DNA of 64,000 nucleotides from Lophium mytilinum. Taxonomy: Eukaryota. Within the stretch, counting starts at the first letter, position 1. Every line of letters starts with the position of its first letter. The DNA is taken from NCBI GenBank assembly GCA_010093605.1, contig MU004200.1, positions 186,001 to 250,000 of the forward strand, written 5' to 3'. The translations under genes were made by a program, and so were the position numbers. This document shows, one piece after another, positions 24,380-36,777 of this stretch. Below the pieces are notes generated by a model. It was not told the DNA's origin, did no database searches, and saw only the letters and a program-made list of their open reading frames with translations.

Positions 24380-25859
24380 ATGGCTGATGACGATAACTTC
24401 GACATCGACATCTACGGTGAAGATGATGCGAGCCCAGAGTATGCGCAAGATAACACCCAAAGCGGAGGTGAAGTCAAGGCAGATGCTACTACTGAGATGC
24501 AAACAGACTCGCTTGTAGAAGCAGAAGAGCTGGAGCCCTCCACGCAGACCAACGGACACAACGCGAACCAAACGAACACCTCCGTGAAGCAAGAGAACGG
24601 CCAGGCTGATACCGCCAATGGTAGCGCGCAATACCACGATACGCAGCAAATCGCAAGCACTGGCGGCTCGGCACATAACCAGCTGCAGCCTCCAAAACAA
24701 GCTCCGATACAACAAGGAACCAAGCGAAAGGCAGTAAATGACGATCGGCCGGTTGACCCAGGCGCTTCGTCGGCGCTGCTCATCAGTGACCTACACTGGT
24801 GGATCAACGAGGACGATGTCCGCGGATGGGCAAACCAGAGCGCTTGTGAGGACGAGCTCATGGATGTGACATTCAACGAGCACAAGGTGAATGGCAAAAG
24901 CAAGGGGTATGTTCAGTCTCAATTTGCGTGTTGTATGCGACTACTCTAACTAACACTATTGCTTCAATAGTCAGGTCTACGTCGAGATGAAGTCCACGCA
25001 AGCTGCCACAGCCCTCAAGCACACGCTCGAATCCTTCGGTAACGGCCAAGAACATGTCAAGAAACCCTCGGCAGTCTTCCACTCGGCGCATAACAACCCA
25101 TACCGGACGCTTCCCAAGGATGTCCCCAACCGCAAGGAAGGCGGCGCGCAGAACAATCGATCGACGTCGAGCAACTTCGGTGGCAGCCAAGGCCCATCGG
25201 GCGGAATGCAGAACAATAACTACAACCAAGGCGGCAACTTCCGCGGCGGGCGAGGCAACTTCCAGCACCGCAATCAAGGAAACATGGGCGGCAACATGGG
25301 CGGCTTCCAGAACCGCAACTTCTCAAGCCCTGCGGTTGGTGGTATGGGCGTCGGTGGCTACGGTGCGGCGAACCCCATGGCTGGATTCGGAGGCGGGCCA
25401 AACCCAATGGCCGGTATGAACCAATTCAACAACTTCGGCCGCGGCGGTAACATGATGGGCGGGATGCGCGGTGGGATGCCTCAGAACCGGGGCGGAAGAG
25501 GCGGTATGGGCAACATGATGGGCGGCATGGGTATGGGCGCGATGGGCATGGGTATGCCGAACATGGGAATGGGCGCGATGGGCGGTAACATGGGCATGAT
25601 GGGTGGCATGGGAGGAATGGGTATGCAGTATTATCGTTCGTTATCATCCTCCCCCGAAAAAGGACGACACGCTTCTGCCGAGCTTGTCAACGGCGGCACA
25701 GAGAACACTAAGCTAACGACTTCTACTACAGGTGCTACGGCTGGTTTCGGTGGACCGGCTCAACCTCATTTCAACCCGGCATTCTTCCAGGCTCAGCAGG
25801 GCGCGGCAGGCGGCGACAGCTGGAACCCGCATGGGGCGAAGCGGCCAAGGCCTGAGTAG
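24380..25859 (+). CDS. RBP35: Cleavage factor I large subunit (CFIm68/CPSF6-like, Rbp35-type) RRM protein with RGG and Met/Gly/Asn-rich tail
   Basis: DIDIYG N-terminus; RRM L.ISDLHWW..EDD and F.EHKVNGKSKG|QVYVE typical of CPSF6/7; RGG boxes; MGGMG repeats; PHFNPAFF. Confidence 0.85.
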
Positions 25860-26726
25860 GGACCTGCGACCTACCTGCCCACATGCTTGCTTCGTGGCTT
25901 TTGCTGATGCTTTGTTTGAAAGGGGAATCTGGCCCACTAGTTTCAGCAATCTCTTGGAAAGCCCTTTCTCATTCAACCAAGAGCCAAAAAAGATCGAGGA
26001 CGACGAGCTAAACGCGGCTTTCAAACTACAGCAATCGGAGGCGAAGCTCTTCTCGGACGACGAGGATGACGAAGCGCCGACGAGGGACAGTTGATTTTCT
26101 TCTTTCGATTTCATTTTCGATCACGGCGCTTCGAGGTTTCAAAGGAGCAAAACAGGCAGCACATACCTGTTGCTGGACGGCGCATAGGTGGGCTGCTGGA
26201 GCACAGTGTCTCGGAGTTCTGGTCTAGTTTCTACAGAAAATAACATCCCGTCCGTTTCTGATGTTGTTCTCCATTGGCATGTTTTCAAAGGACGTTATGT
26301 TGTGTGATAATTTTGGCGCCATAGGTGGATGCAGTGCGGTGGGCACTGTACTATATATGGTGTTCAGGTTGGCTAGACGTGCTCGGGAGCTAACTCTAAA
26401 ATCAGAGTAAGGATGTTTGTGTGCAAGTATCTACTACTTTATAGATGCCCATTCTAGTTCAAGCACGCTTAGGACTTTAAAGCAGGCTTGTAAGCTAAAA
26501 TTCCTATCGTGGTGATGTTATAGTAGAGGCTCTACATATCTCCCGTTCTAAGATTCGCGCCCTTCTGCCAACTTCTTCCTTTGGATGTTTTCTTAGCTAG
26601 GGCAATCCCGTGCCCTCTATTTTTTATCCGCACCTGTATAGGCTGCCTTTCCTCCTTTTTTAGTAGTGTTTCCTTAGTACAGAAATTATATACTCCTTAC
26701 TTACTATCTATACATTCTAAGTACAG

Positions 26727-27171
26727 TAAAAAACGGTATATCCAAGGAGCAAAACACCCCCCTCTCGACAGAGAGGGGGTAGCCACCTCGGAGAGGTTTC
26801 TCTAGATCCATCCTGGAGGTCCGGTCCTAATCTTTCAATCCATCGAATCTTCACCGGCCTCAGCCTCACGCACCAACTGCATACAGCCTCTTTACCGGCT
26901 TCCAAGCCTCTCATGCCGCCTCCGAGCCGGTTCCCGCAGGAATCAGCTTTTAACACCATAAGTCGAGTCGAGAATCGCCGACTGCGGGGGTCGAACGCCA
27001 GACCAACTTCTAAACTCAGGTGAGAGTTGTCGACGGTGGGTAAAACCCACCTCGCGAGGTGGGATGCCTGGAGTCCGGCCGCGGGCTTACACTCGGTGTG
27101 GCCGAACTTTACCAACTGAGCTGCTGGGGGAGTTAGTGGATGAGGCGCGCGGATTCTATTTGAAATATATA
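26727..27171 (-). ncRNA. Candidate RNA polymerase III unit with tRNA-like head (ncRNA or SINE)
   Basis: Minus strand: TATATATTT (27171-27163), A-box-like GCAGCTCAGTTGGTAAAG (~27124-27107), B-box-like GTTCGACCC (26996-26988), several hairpins, terminal 9-bp stem followed by T4 (26754-26751) and T7 (26733-26727). Confidence 0.5.
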
Positions 27172-27672
27172 GGGTAGGTGAGGAACGACGTCACGGGTTC
27201 CAACGTTTTCAAGGTATGTTACTTTTCATTACCGCACCGCACACAGCACTCGGGATGTTGCAGTTTCAAATTGCTGGGAAAGACGTCAAAGCTAAGAACG
27301 ATACGCGACGTGAAGTCTACAGCACTTCCTGCCTTGGTACTTCACTTCGAAATGCCATCGCGTTTGTCGGACTCCCAAACTGTCTTGAGAAACGTGTTGA
27401 TTGTCCTTCTCTAGGCCAAACGGCATCTCACTTTCGTACACACAAGGAAGCTCTTGTAAATGAATCAGCGATTCTGCATGCACCCCTATTCCTTTGTGCA
27501 TTCTAATGAGCCTATTCATATGGTCATCTATTCACTTTGAGCAGATTCCCTTTAACGAGCCTACAACAAAGTCCTATAAAATTTACCCAGCCATAAAAGG
27601 AGCCAGCTACATCAGCTTCCTGAGCATCTTCCCCGACCTCATCCTCTCGAACCACCCACCACCACCACCACC

Positions 27673-28848
27673 ATGTCCACCCAACCAAGCCCCCGCTTCT
27701 TCACCCCCCTCCCTCGCGTGTACTATCTCTTCCCCCTCATCTCCTGGCTCGCGACCGGCGTCATGAACATCATCCCCCTAGCGCGAGACGTCAGCCTCGT
27801 GACTCTCCCGCTCCTGTTCTTCGTCGCCGTAATTATAGTCTGTCTCGAACAGCCCAACGTCATCCGGAGCTGGGATGACCTAGACCACTCCCAAATCCTC
27901 CGCTACTCCCTCATCTTCACACTCTGCCGTATGGCCGAAGAAACCGCTGTCGTCTTTTCGCGAGACGTGCTTCAACCGCCGCGCGGGCTGTTCTTGACGC
28001 TCATATTGGCGTATCAGGGGGTATTTGCGGTGCAGAAATGGGATCATTGGATGGAAGTAAGTCGAATTTACTATTACACAGCAGTCTTTTATCCGCAACC
28101 CCTTCCTCGTCAAAGTCAGTGATAGCTCAATACACTCTTCGAAGCTTCGAATGAGATGAACAACCCATCCCGCTCATGCTAACCCACCCAGACCCCCGAA
28201 ACCCAAACCCCCGGCCTCTCCGCCCTATGGTCCTACTCCAACCTCCTCCTCCCCTGGAGCCTCCTCCTCCCACAACTCCCACCACTCCTCCTAAGCTCCC
28301 TCCTCCTCTCCAACAACTACATCTACGCGCCCCCCTCGCTATGGTCCCTCACATGGCGCTTCCCACTCCTCCACACCCTCCTCCTCCCCCCTTTCTACCT
28401 CACCTTCCTCCTCCTCTGCGACAAGTGGGAAGTCGTACGATACGAGTACGTCCCCCTGCCCCCCCTTTCCACCCCACCGCTAAACCTCCCCAGTGCAACC
28501 ACACCCCACCCCGACCTCCGACACGCCCTCCGCCACAACATCCTCCCCTACATCCTCCCCGCCCGCCTCCTGGCACTCATCCCCTGGCCCGTCGATGAGC
28601 TCGATACCCCCGCACTCCAGAACCGCAAACCCGCGCCCAGCACCCCACAGCCTCAGCGCCTTCCTGCCCAAGCCAGCGCGAGGACGCCGAATCGGCCAGC
28701 GACGCCGTTCGAAAACACGCCGTTCCTCAACCGCCCGGCGCTGCACGCGCGGTTAGACATCGCGCCATTGGCGGGGTCGCAGGTTTGGGAGGCGCGAGAG
28801 GGGGAGGAGGCGGCGAGGCTGAGGAGGCTGAGGGGGAAGAGGGGGTAG
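27673..28848 (+). CDS. Hypothetical multi-pass membrane protein
   Basis: Exons 27673-28055, 28192-28445 and 28494-28848 join in frame via GT-AG introns with CTAA branch sites; several hydrophobic segments. Confidence 0.65.
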
Positions 28849-29727
28849 GTGTGGTTCGTGGGCAGATTGGTTGTTAAAGGGGATGATGATGCCGACGCGA
28901 AGGCTATAAAGATCTAGTAGTTGATGGGTATTTTGGCGTTTAGGCACGGTCTATGCATTTCTAGGACTCTATGCGAAAGGGTGGGGTGTGGTCAGGGACC
29001 GCGCAGGGGCAGCTTGGGTGAGAGGGGGGAGGTGTGGACATATTGTGCGTTGTTTGATTAGATATTGCGGACTTAGTACGAATGATACCCTAGCTATCCT
29101 TTCCCGTAGTCTTGAATGTCCACTTTCAATTGTTTGTGCGGGATATCGTGGTTGATCTATGTGTCGAAGCCTGCGCCATAAGACTGCAACGCTTCAGGTT
29201 GTGACTGGCTATGTTTGATAGGACATATGGCAACTGAACGTATACTCTGATTTTGATGCATCCGGCGCGATGTGAAGTCCTGTGTTTAAGGACTCTAGGT
29301 ATTGTTTGGTATGAGTGGAAAGAAACGTACTCAATTCGCAGTTTCTCAGACTTTGCTTTGCGTCGTTACCGTCGGTACTGTGCTGGAGCACTTCTAGTAG
29401 TGGTGATAAGGTGGCAGAAAGTAGAGTGCGCAAAGAACTTAATTAGAGCGGGTGAGCTTTACATCACGTACCGCCTCCACTCCGTTGACCAAATAATTTC
29501 GAGTGATGGCAACAGAAGCACCACATATCTTTGAGCAAAACTAACATCGTTTCAACACAGGATAAGGTAAGACACCGCCCCTCGATCCGTACCCCTTGAA
29601 CCTCCTCTGATAAAGCGAAATATAACAAAGATGTACAGATAAACTCGATAGTAAAGCATAATATACGATACTTCCCTGGGATATGTGTTCGTAATGACAG
29701 TGTAGGGAGACTGATCAAGAGTGACGT

Positions 29728-31264
29728 TCACTCCTTATACGATCCCTTCACCACTCGTCCGCTTCTCGACGTCCGCGTTGGAATTATCACGGGCTCTTTC
29801 TGAGGCATAGCGGCTGCCTTGGCCGTAGTTGTAGTCGTCTTCTTTGCCTTCGCTTTTGTCTTCTTCTTAGGTTTGGTTTCAGGCTTCGGCTTTGATGCCG
29901 GTTGCATCTTCATTCCAACATTCGCTGTCTCACCCGCTGGCTGAACATCGATGGTGCCGCGTTCGGGTTGAGATTCTGAGAGATCGGTAGTGACATCGCC
30001 AAAAGGCTCAACTTGGCGCTGCTTCTCGGTGATGGTCGCAGCGTGGTTTACCAATGTGAGGCCACTCAGGTCATGGCTGACGCTTCCAGAGCCCTCGACA
30101 TGAATGTGTTTCTCTTGCACCGCCTCTTGCGTTGAAAGACGTTTGTGCTTAGTCTCTGTCGCTTTGAGATTCTTCTTGATAGACTCCACTTTGACCTTCT
30201 TCGGTACTACAGCGCTACCTGAAGCCTCAGCGCTTTGAGAGGTGTCCTCGAGCTTCCGTTTCAGTTCGGGTGAGATTCTAGAAGCTGTGTCCGGCGCGGT
30301 ACCATAGACGCCAGTATCAACAAGGGCACAAGATCCGGTAATGAAGTCTTGATCCTCCGGGCCCAATCCATCGAAGCCTTCAAGCTCACCGACGGCGAGT
30401 ACATCTCGTACTTTCCTGTACTCATCTGTAGTGGCACAGCCCCTATCAAACGCACCATCAGTTTCGAAACCACCGAGAAACAAGATTCAGACCTACCAAT
30501 GCTTGTATCTCCATCCCTCATGCCCTTGGAATCGCACTTGAATCCCCAGCCGGAGCTCCCCCTTCTTGATCTTAATTTTCGCATCCTTGCACTCCTTGTT
30601 CTGGCAGGTCGCTCGAGCCTGCGGCGCAACTTCGACCTTGTAAGCCGGCTCCAGAATGCCCTTGAACGTCTTATCAGTCACACTACCGGCCTCGAACGCG
30701 AGCCGGACGTGTTCTTTGGCCTGTTCTGTCAAGGTGTCATACCCCGGGGCATTCTCCGGTTCGCCCTTGGCGATGTCCTTGATAGTAGCAATCTGCTTAC
30801 TAGTGACGCAGCGCCTAGACGGTGAGCTTTAGGCTACGTAGAACTTGCGATGCGCTTACCAATGCTTGAAGGTCCAAAACATATCTCCCGTGTGGTAGAA
30901 TAGCGTGTAAGTACCAAAGCGGAGTTCGCCAAGCTCAATCTTGTGGCCTCCGCGTTTGCAAGGCGCGCTTTGGCAGGCTGCTTGGTTGGAGGGTGAGTGT
31001 TCTGGTTTTGATGTCAGCAAAAGAGAGCAGTTTTGAGGAGCGATTGAGCTCACCAACGCGGTGCTTGGGGATGTTGTCGGCGTCATCTTCAAAGCCTGGC
31101 GCGATTGCCGGCAGCACTGATAGCGTAGGCTGCGACGGCGGGGGATCGAACGTGTAGGTGATAGTTGGATGAGCGTTGGGACTGCCACCATGATCGGGAT
31201 CGAATGGTGAGCCCAATACGTAGGGCAACAAGTCCGTGACGTGAGGAAGGGTTGAAAGGCTCAT
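29728..31264 (-). CDS. Protein with two tandem PARP-type zinc fingers and Lys-rich tail, no catalytic domain (Hpz1-like)
   Basis: Two CX4C...I..GELR.G...W.HW|.C motifs (ACQSAPCK..GELRFG..WTFKHW|RC; ATCQNKECK..GELRLG..WRYKHW|GC), each HW|C split by an intron. Confidence 0.88.
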
Positions 31265-32021
31265 CTCGAGAGCGCGTGGGTACTAGCAGCTACAAGCGAG
31301 TGTTGAGAGCAACGTGAAGGATGCAAAGCAGACAAAAAGTGAACAAGTTGAAGAAGTTGGGATGATGAAGTGGGGAGATGAAGTGTGATCAAGAAGGGAA
31401 GAGGTCAAGATTAGGAAGGTGCGCCTGACCAGGCAGCCTCCTTCACCTGGGCACTGCAAACCTCATGCCCAGATAGTTGCTGAACCAATTTACTCGTCTA
31501 TGAATGTAGATTGAAAAACACAGTAGTATTGGCACATTCGAAGGCTAGTGAAGACCATTGAGGCCAACTCATTTGCTATTGGTTGGCACCCGTGACCTCA
31601 CCTCTAGCATTGAAATCACCTGGAGCGTCCGAGTACCAGGATGAAGGCGTACTTGCACCTCTATGACACCGCTCCAAGTCCTCCACGACCTAAAGAAAAT
31701 CCCAAGGCGATTCAAGCCCATCAATCTAGCAAGCCTGCAACCTTACCGGGCTACCTCAAGGGGTGGCGATTAGATGTAAAGATCAGACTTTTGAGCTGCT
31801 GCTCCAATTTTCTATTAGTACCTTGGGCCACCACAAGCGGTATATCAATATTTTAAGAATACTTGTGTTCAAGTACTGTGGTATGATCAAACCATCTGAT
31901 CTCGCCTACTATGCCGTTATTCTACACGTTAGATAGTCTCGTAACTTGGGTATATCCTGCGAACGACCGAAGTATTATCCTCATTCATAAACCACCCGAT
32001 CCTATCAAATACGCTAAAGCC

Positions 32022-33482
32022 TCACCTATGTTGAGCATCCACTGGCGCCAGAATCTGCTCCTGACTACTTCCAAAGGCCCTCGGCGTCGCATCATTACTC
32101 GGCATCCTGCCGTGCGTCGGCTGGCTCATCCCAATTTTAGCTTGTTGCTTGACCGCAACAAAAGAGTCCATCTTATACCCATCAATCGGACTCGCCTCGC
32201 TACTTCCCCCAGGTTCGCCCTCCCGACTGCCCTTAAAGCTGTTTGAATGCACGCCCGATTTATCGCGACTATGAAGAGTATACCCTGAACGCTTCGTCAC
32301 AGCCCTCGCGCGCTCGCGCTGGGCGCCGGAGATGAGAGGCTTGAGGGATGGGATGCAGGCGCACATGATGCCGATGTTGACTTCGATGATGGACCAAAGG
32401 TTGATCTGGACGGAGTCGTAGAAGGGGTCTTTAGACTCGGTGAAGATGCGGATAGAGTAAAGGCGAATAATGGACGCAATGGTGCTAAAGATACCCATGC
32501 CGAAGATGATGAAGAGGGCGATCTTTTCGCGTTTGGGGCGCTGGATCGTCCAGAGGGTTTTTAGTGGGAGTGCGAGCATCCAGATGTCAGTTACGATGTT
32601 GAATCCGGATGTGCCTGGTGAGGAGTGTCAGGTCTATGTGATCTGGGAGAATGCGGCCCTTGAGGAATTTACTGTAGAAGAAAGCAGTGGTGTTCAAACA
32701 TCGCCCGTGGACCAGTCCCGTGAGGTCCCACATCTTGTGAAGCGGGAGGCATTGCACGAGGCAAACTACGATGCATACAGTTACGAACATGGACAGAAGA
32801 GCCATTGTCGCCTTGCATAGAATCTGAAAGATCCTCTCGGCGGCTACAAGATTGGCGTCAGCATTCTGCAGGATTGTAGGATAGTAGCTAGATCGTACCA
32901 ATCCGTAAATAAAACAGCAAGATGGACATTTTGACTACGCACATGAAAGAGACCCTCGTTAGCTCCCATATGCAGTTTCAGGGTCCTTTTGTACCACTTA
33001 CTACAATATACAAGGCAATAGTAAGTGATCTCAATACCGAGCGTAAGCTACAATGCTGGTCAGAGACTTCCCTGGCTCCATTGATGACTCACATACCTTC
33101 ATAAGATTGATCATCTGATCTAATTCCAAAGTTGCTCCGCTGTAGCCCATTCCGTTCGGTCGTAAAGCAAGTATTTCCGCCATGTAGGCCAAAATGAGCA
33201 CCTACTAAAGATTAGGACCGTCATCAACTAGATTGATGGTGCACTTACCAATCCAGCAACACTCATCCAGTCGTCTGCCCCTACGTTTCTAACGATGAAC
33301 TGACGCGTGACTATGCGCAACGCAACAAACGTGACTTCGGCGCACAACAGTCAGCCTCAAGCCGTCGGAGGAGAAAAGAGATACCTACACCCAAAAAAAG
33401 TCATCACTACCGTCACGACAGTGACTGTATTTTGACGTGACTGCTCCGTCGCTACCGCTGGATCGACATGGGATGGGTCCAT
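32022..33482 (-). CDS. PTH11-like (fungal rhodopsin-domain) 7-TM integral membrane protein, no CFEM
   Basis: ALRIVTRQFIVRNVGADDW, VKMSILLFYLR, QCLPL..WD, NIVTDIWMLALP, SIIRL, WSIIEVNIGIMCACIPSLKPL; multi-exon. Confidence 0.92.
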
Positions 33483-36181
33483 AATGTTTGATTTAAGCCT
33501 AGCGACGAGGAATGGTTTCCGTATGGTTGTTGATGACTGGTAAGATGGTTCCCAGTCTATAAGATCCGAGATGAGAGTGCGACACCATAAGAAGAGGGTG
33601 ATCTTGATATAGAATAAGAGGCTCGGGAGGACGGGATGTACCGCGTTCAGACTGTGGGGAAGCATGTCCAAGTAGACTTACCAGCGTACCGGAACCGAGT
33701 GGTGAGCCATACAAGAACTTTCACAAGCAGACGATCCCTGAGCAGACTAGGTCCGCGCTGCAGGAGGTTAGGGCGATGATGCAACGGGCTCTCGTAACCA
33801 GTGGGTGAAACAAGCCACCGAACCTCCCGTAGCGCATCTCGAGTCATTAGCTTTCACACTCCGTTTTCAGGGCAGTCTAGCGTGAACGCCAAAACTTGGA
33901 GGTATAAGAATGGTTGAAGGGCTAGCGAGACAGTTGACGGTGCTCTCCAGGCTAGCTGGCGATCTTGGCTACTGGAAGCCTGAGACGCTGCAGTGTGGCA
34001 CATCAACCTTAAGCAGTGCAAATGTGCAGTTGTTGCATATGTTAGTGGGCAAACCCCCTGGTAATACACGTGTGCGGTAACTACCCTGGGGTATATGAGA
34101 GTCAGTGATCAAATTCCAACGCCTGAAATATAGTATTTGAGGCGTAGACGCACGCGGCCATGGCGGAAATAGTGGAGAGGTATTCAAGTGTATGATCTGA
34201 TGGTGGACAAGGGAGGGGATACAGGCTGTTTGAAACTTAGCCGTATTCTGATGTATCAAGCATGTACATCTATGGAGACAGCCCTTGCATTAAAATGGGC
34301 GGGAACCTAAAAGTTCGGGAAAGTATAGCCAATGGCAGAATTAGGACTGGTAGAGGGTGTGGTGGTGTTGCGAGTTGAGAGGGAGGCGTGCTTGGCGCCT
34401 GTTTGAAGGTTGAGGACAACCCCCTGTGTAGATCGCAGGGACGCCCAAGACTTGGCTTGGGACATGGATATGCATTTTAGACACGGAGCCTGTGCGACCG
34501 CGCCATCACCGCAGCGTCTGTGGGAGCAATTCCTGCTACAAAACTCTGTTGCGCCTTTGCCCGTGTCTCAACCGAGAGGGGTAAAGATACACCGGTTGCC
34601 TATCTCTGTGGTAGAAACGACGTCAGAAAGACACCTAGAGCAGAGGTCCCTTGGTCGCCATAGATCGCCCCGTTAGACTGATACAAGTCCAGCGCCTGGA
34701 TGCGTCCGGTGGTCTAACGCGAGACTAACCCACGGAAGTTAGCCGCAAATTTGGGACGATCTAGTAGAGAAAGTAACGCCCCACGGTACCGTACTTTTAA
34801 CAGATCCAGCTCAACCTTGGTAGAGAAACTTCCAGGAAAGGGCTTCCTCCGTTCTGATCCCATCTATACCGCCTGTGACTTGATTTCTGCGCTAGACCAC
34901 CGGACGCATACAGGCGCGGTATGGTGAATATTGAGGCCGATCTACTCTCCTCGACATCGGAATGCAAGCGCCCCTTGATCCCATAGACGTAATGCAAGCT
35001 GTTCCTCGGCGCAAGGCATTTTTGGCGAGTACAGTTGGCGTTCTTCGTGCATGAATACAAGAAGGTACAGCGGGAAACCTGTTATGGCCGAGATGCGACT
35101 GTCCTGGCGCTCTATCGAATAGCCAACCACACGGTAGCTGTCCCTGCAGTCTGTAGGCCGAGATGGTTCCCCGTCGCCTTGACTCCGGGAGTGTTGCAGG
35201 TCTCGAGCCTAAAGTTGTCCTGACCGCTTGATTTCGCCCCAGGATGCATCCACATGCGAGCGGAGCCAGCGGGATCAGTAAGGCGAGCGTGCTGCACCCC
35301 AGACCACAGGACGCCCGCCGCGACGGGGAGCCCCGGCCCGCTCCCAGCACATCCATTTTCCCCGAAGGCTGATTGCGGTGGAACCCTGTTTGGTGATACG
35401 GTGGCAAAAGCAAGAGTAGTGTCGACCGTGTGTCTTTATGGTTCATGAGAGCAGCAAATACTCCGGTGAGCGTTCCTAACGAGTGCAGTCTGCAGTCTTG
35501 TCTTTAGAGAAGAGCAGAGACATAGTAGTAGCTGGGTAGTTTTCGAGATGCGATTTTCTGATCCGACTGCTTCGTAGTGATCGCGATGCAGAAACCAATT
35601 TGATAGCATGTCCCTTGGTACCGCCCTTGGGTTGGAGGTCTACGTGCCCTGCATGAAGTCAGCCTACACCCCCAAAGGCCGAGACACTTACCCACAATTA
35701 TACTTTTCGGAGCAATCGAAACCGTCGCCAGTGTTCCAGGGTAAGCTAGGGGTTGTTGCTAAAGACGTAGGCACCTCCACACGAATTTGCTTTAACGTTG
35801 ATCTAGCCGCATACTGAATGGAGCTACTCGCCTTGGTCCACAAACCAGGGTGTGATAGATCTAGACCCAAGTAGAATGTCCGTTGATGTGAGGGGCAAGT
35901 TTCAAGAGACGACAGTGCCAAGACTATGTCGCCCTCTATCAGCTTTAGGTTTCAAGCTATGCTGGCAACACGTGCCGTTTTCGTCTTCTTGTTGAAACTC
36001 GATGCGATGCTATGTGGAAAAGCTTTGAGGCACTCTGACGAGTCGTAAAATACTGCCTTTATCAATCCCCTAGGGGTCTTGATATACCGATGTAGGCTTT
36101 TGGATCCTCTTCGCCCCTAATTTCTACCTACTTCTAGGGTGTTAGTCACCAGACGCTTTAAATCAGATCATGAAAAGGAGC

Positions 36182-36477
36182 TATTTTGGGTAATGTAAGA
36201 TGTATGAGAGGAGCCAGTCCGTGCAATGTGAAGTCATTTTTGGCATACTATTGTGTCGCACTTCATATCAGACACTGGGATTTGGGTTATTTTGGGTGAT
36301 GTGAGATGTATGAAGTGGAGCTAGTCCGTGCGATTTAAAGTCTCTTTTGGCATACTATTGTGTCGCAATTCATATCAGACCCCGGGATTTGGGTCATTTT
36401 AGGCGATGTGAGATGTATGAAGTGAAGCCAGTCCGCGCGATCTGGAGTCGTTTTCGGCCTACTATTGCGTCGCACTC
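36182..36477. repeat. Degenerate tandem repeat, ~2.8 copies of ~106-107 bp
   Basis: Copies start at ~36182, 36288 and 36395 and share GATGTATGA...AGTCCG.GC.AT...TACTATTG.GTCGCA. Confidence 0.9.
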
Positions 36478-36777
36478 TGAATAAAGCTCTCAAATATATT
36501 CATCAAGATCGTTGCTAGCCTTGGTCGAATGTTGATCTTGTTCAATTCCTCGATCCACTAGGAACTCGCCAGCCGCGCGACGAAGGGACAGGCCGTAGAC
36601 CACGTGCCTCGGCGATGGCACACACATACCGTTTGAAGTGGGCAATGAGCAGAAGAGAAATTCGGTGTGGAAGTACCATGTGATCTTCCTTCTGACACTG
36701 ACGCGTATGCACAATGCAATCTCTTTCGGCATCCTGAAATGGACCATTAGCCAAATCGCCTCGACCCTCGCCAATAA

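Noticed and set aside
26975..27130. Intron-containing tRNA, or twister/HDV ribozyme (TAACTCC...GTGTAAGCCC; GGCATCCCACCTCGCG)
   Set aside because: Acceptor and T stems do not pair, and the required ribozyme helices and pseudoknots could not be completed by eye; kept only as a Pol III-like element.
33500..36100. Hidden gene or telomerase RNA in the long intergenic region
   Set aside because: Only short ORFs without motifs and no template-length CTAACCCTAA; best read as the receptor's upstream region.
36182..36477. CRISPR-like array or C/D snoRNA cluster
   Set aside because: Eukaryotic context, no unique spacers, no cas genes; no consistent C and D boxes in all copies.
36655..36672. GAGAAATTCGGTG resembling the RNase P RNA CR-I motif
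   Set aside because: No matching CR-V/P4 partner found; lies just downstream of VMA22.
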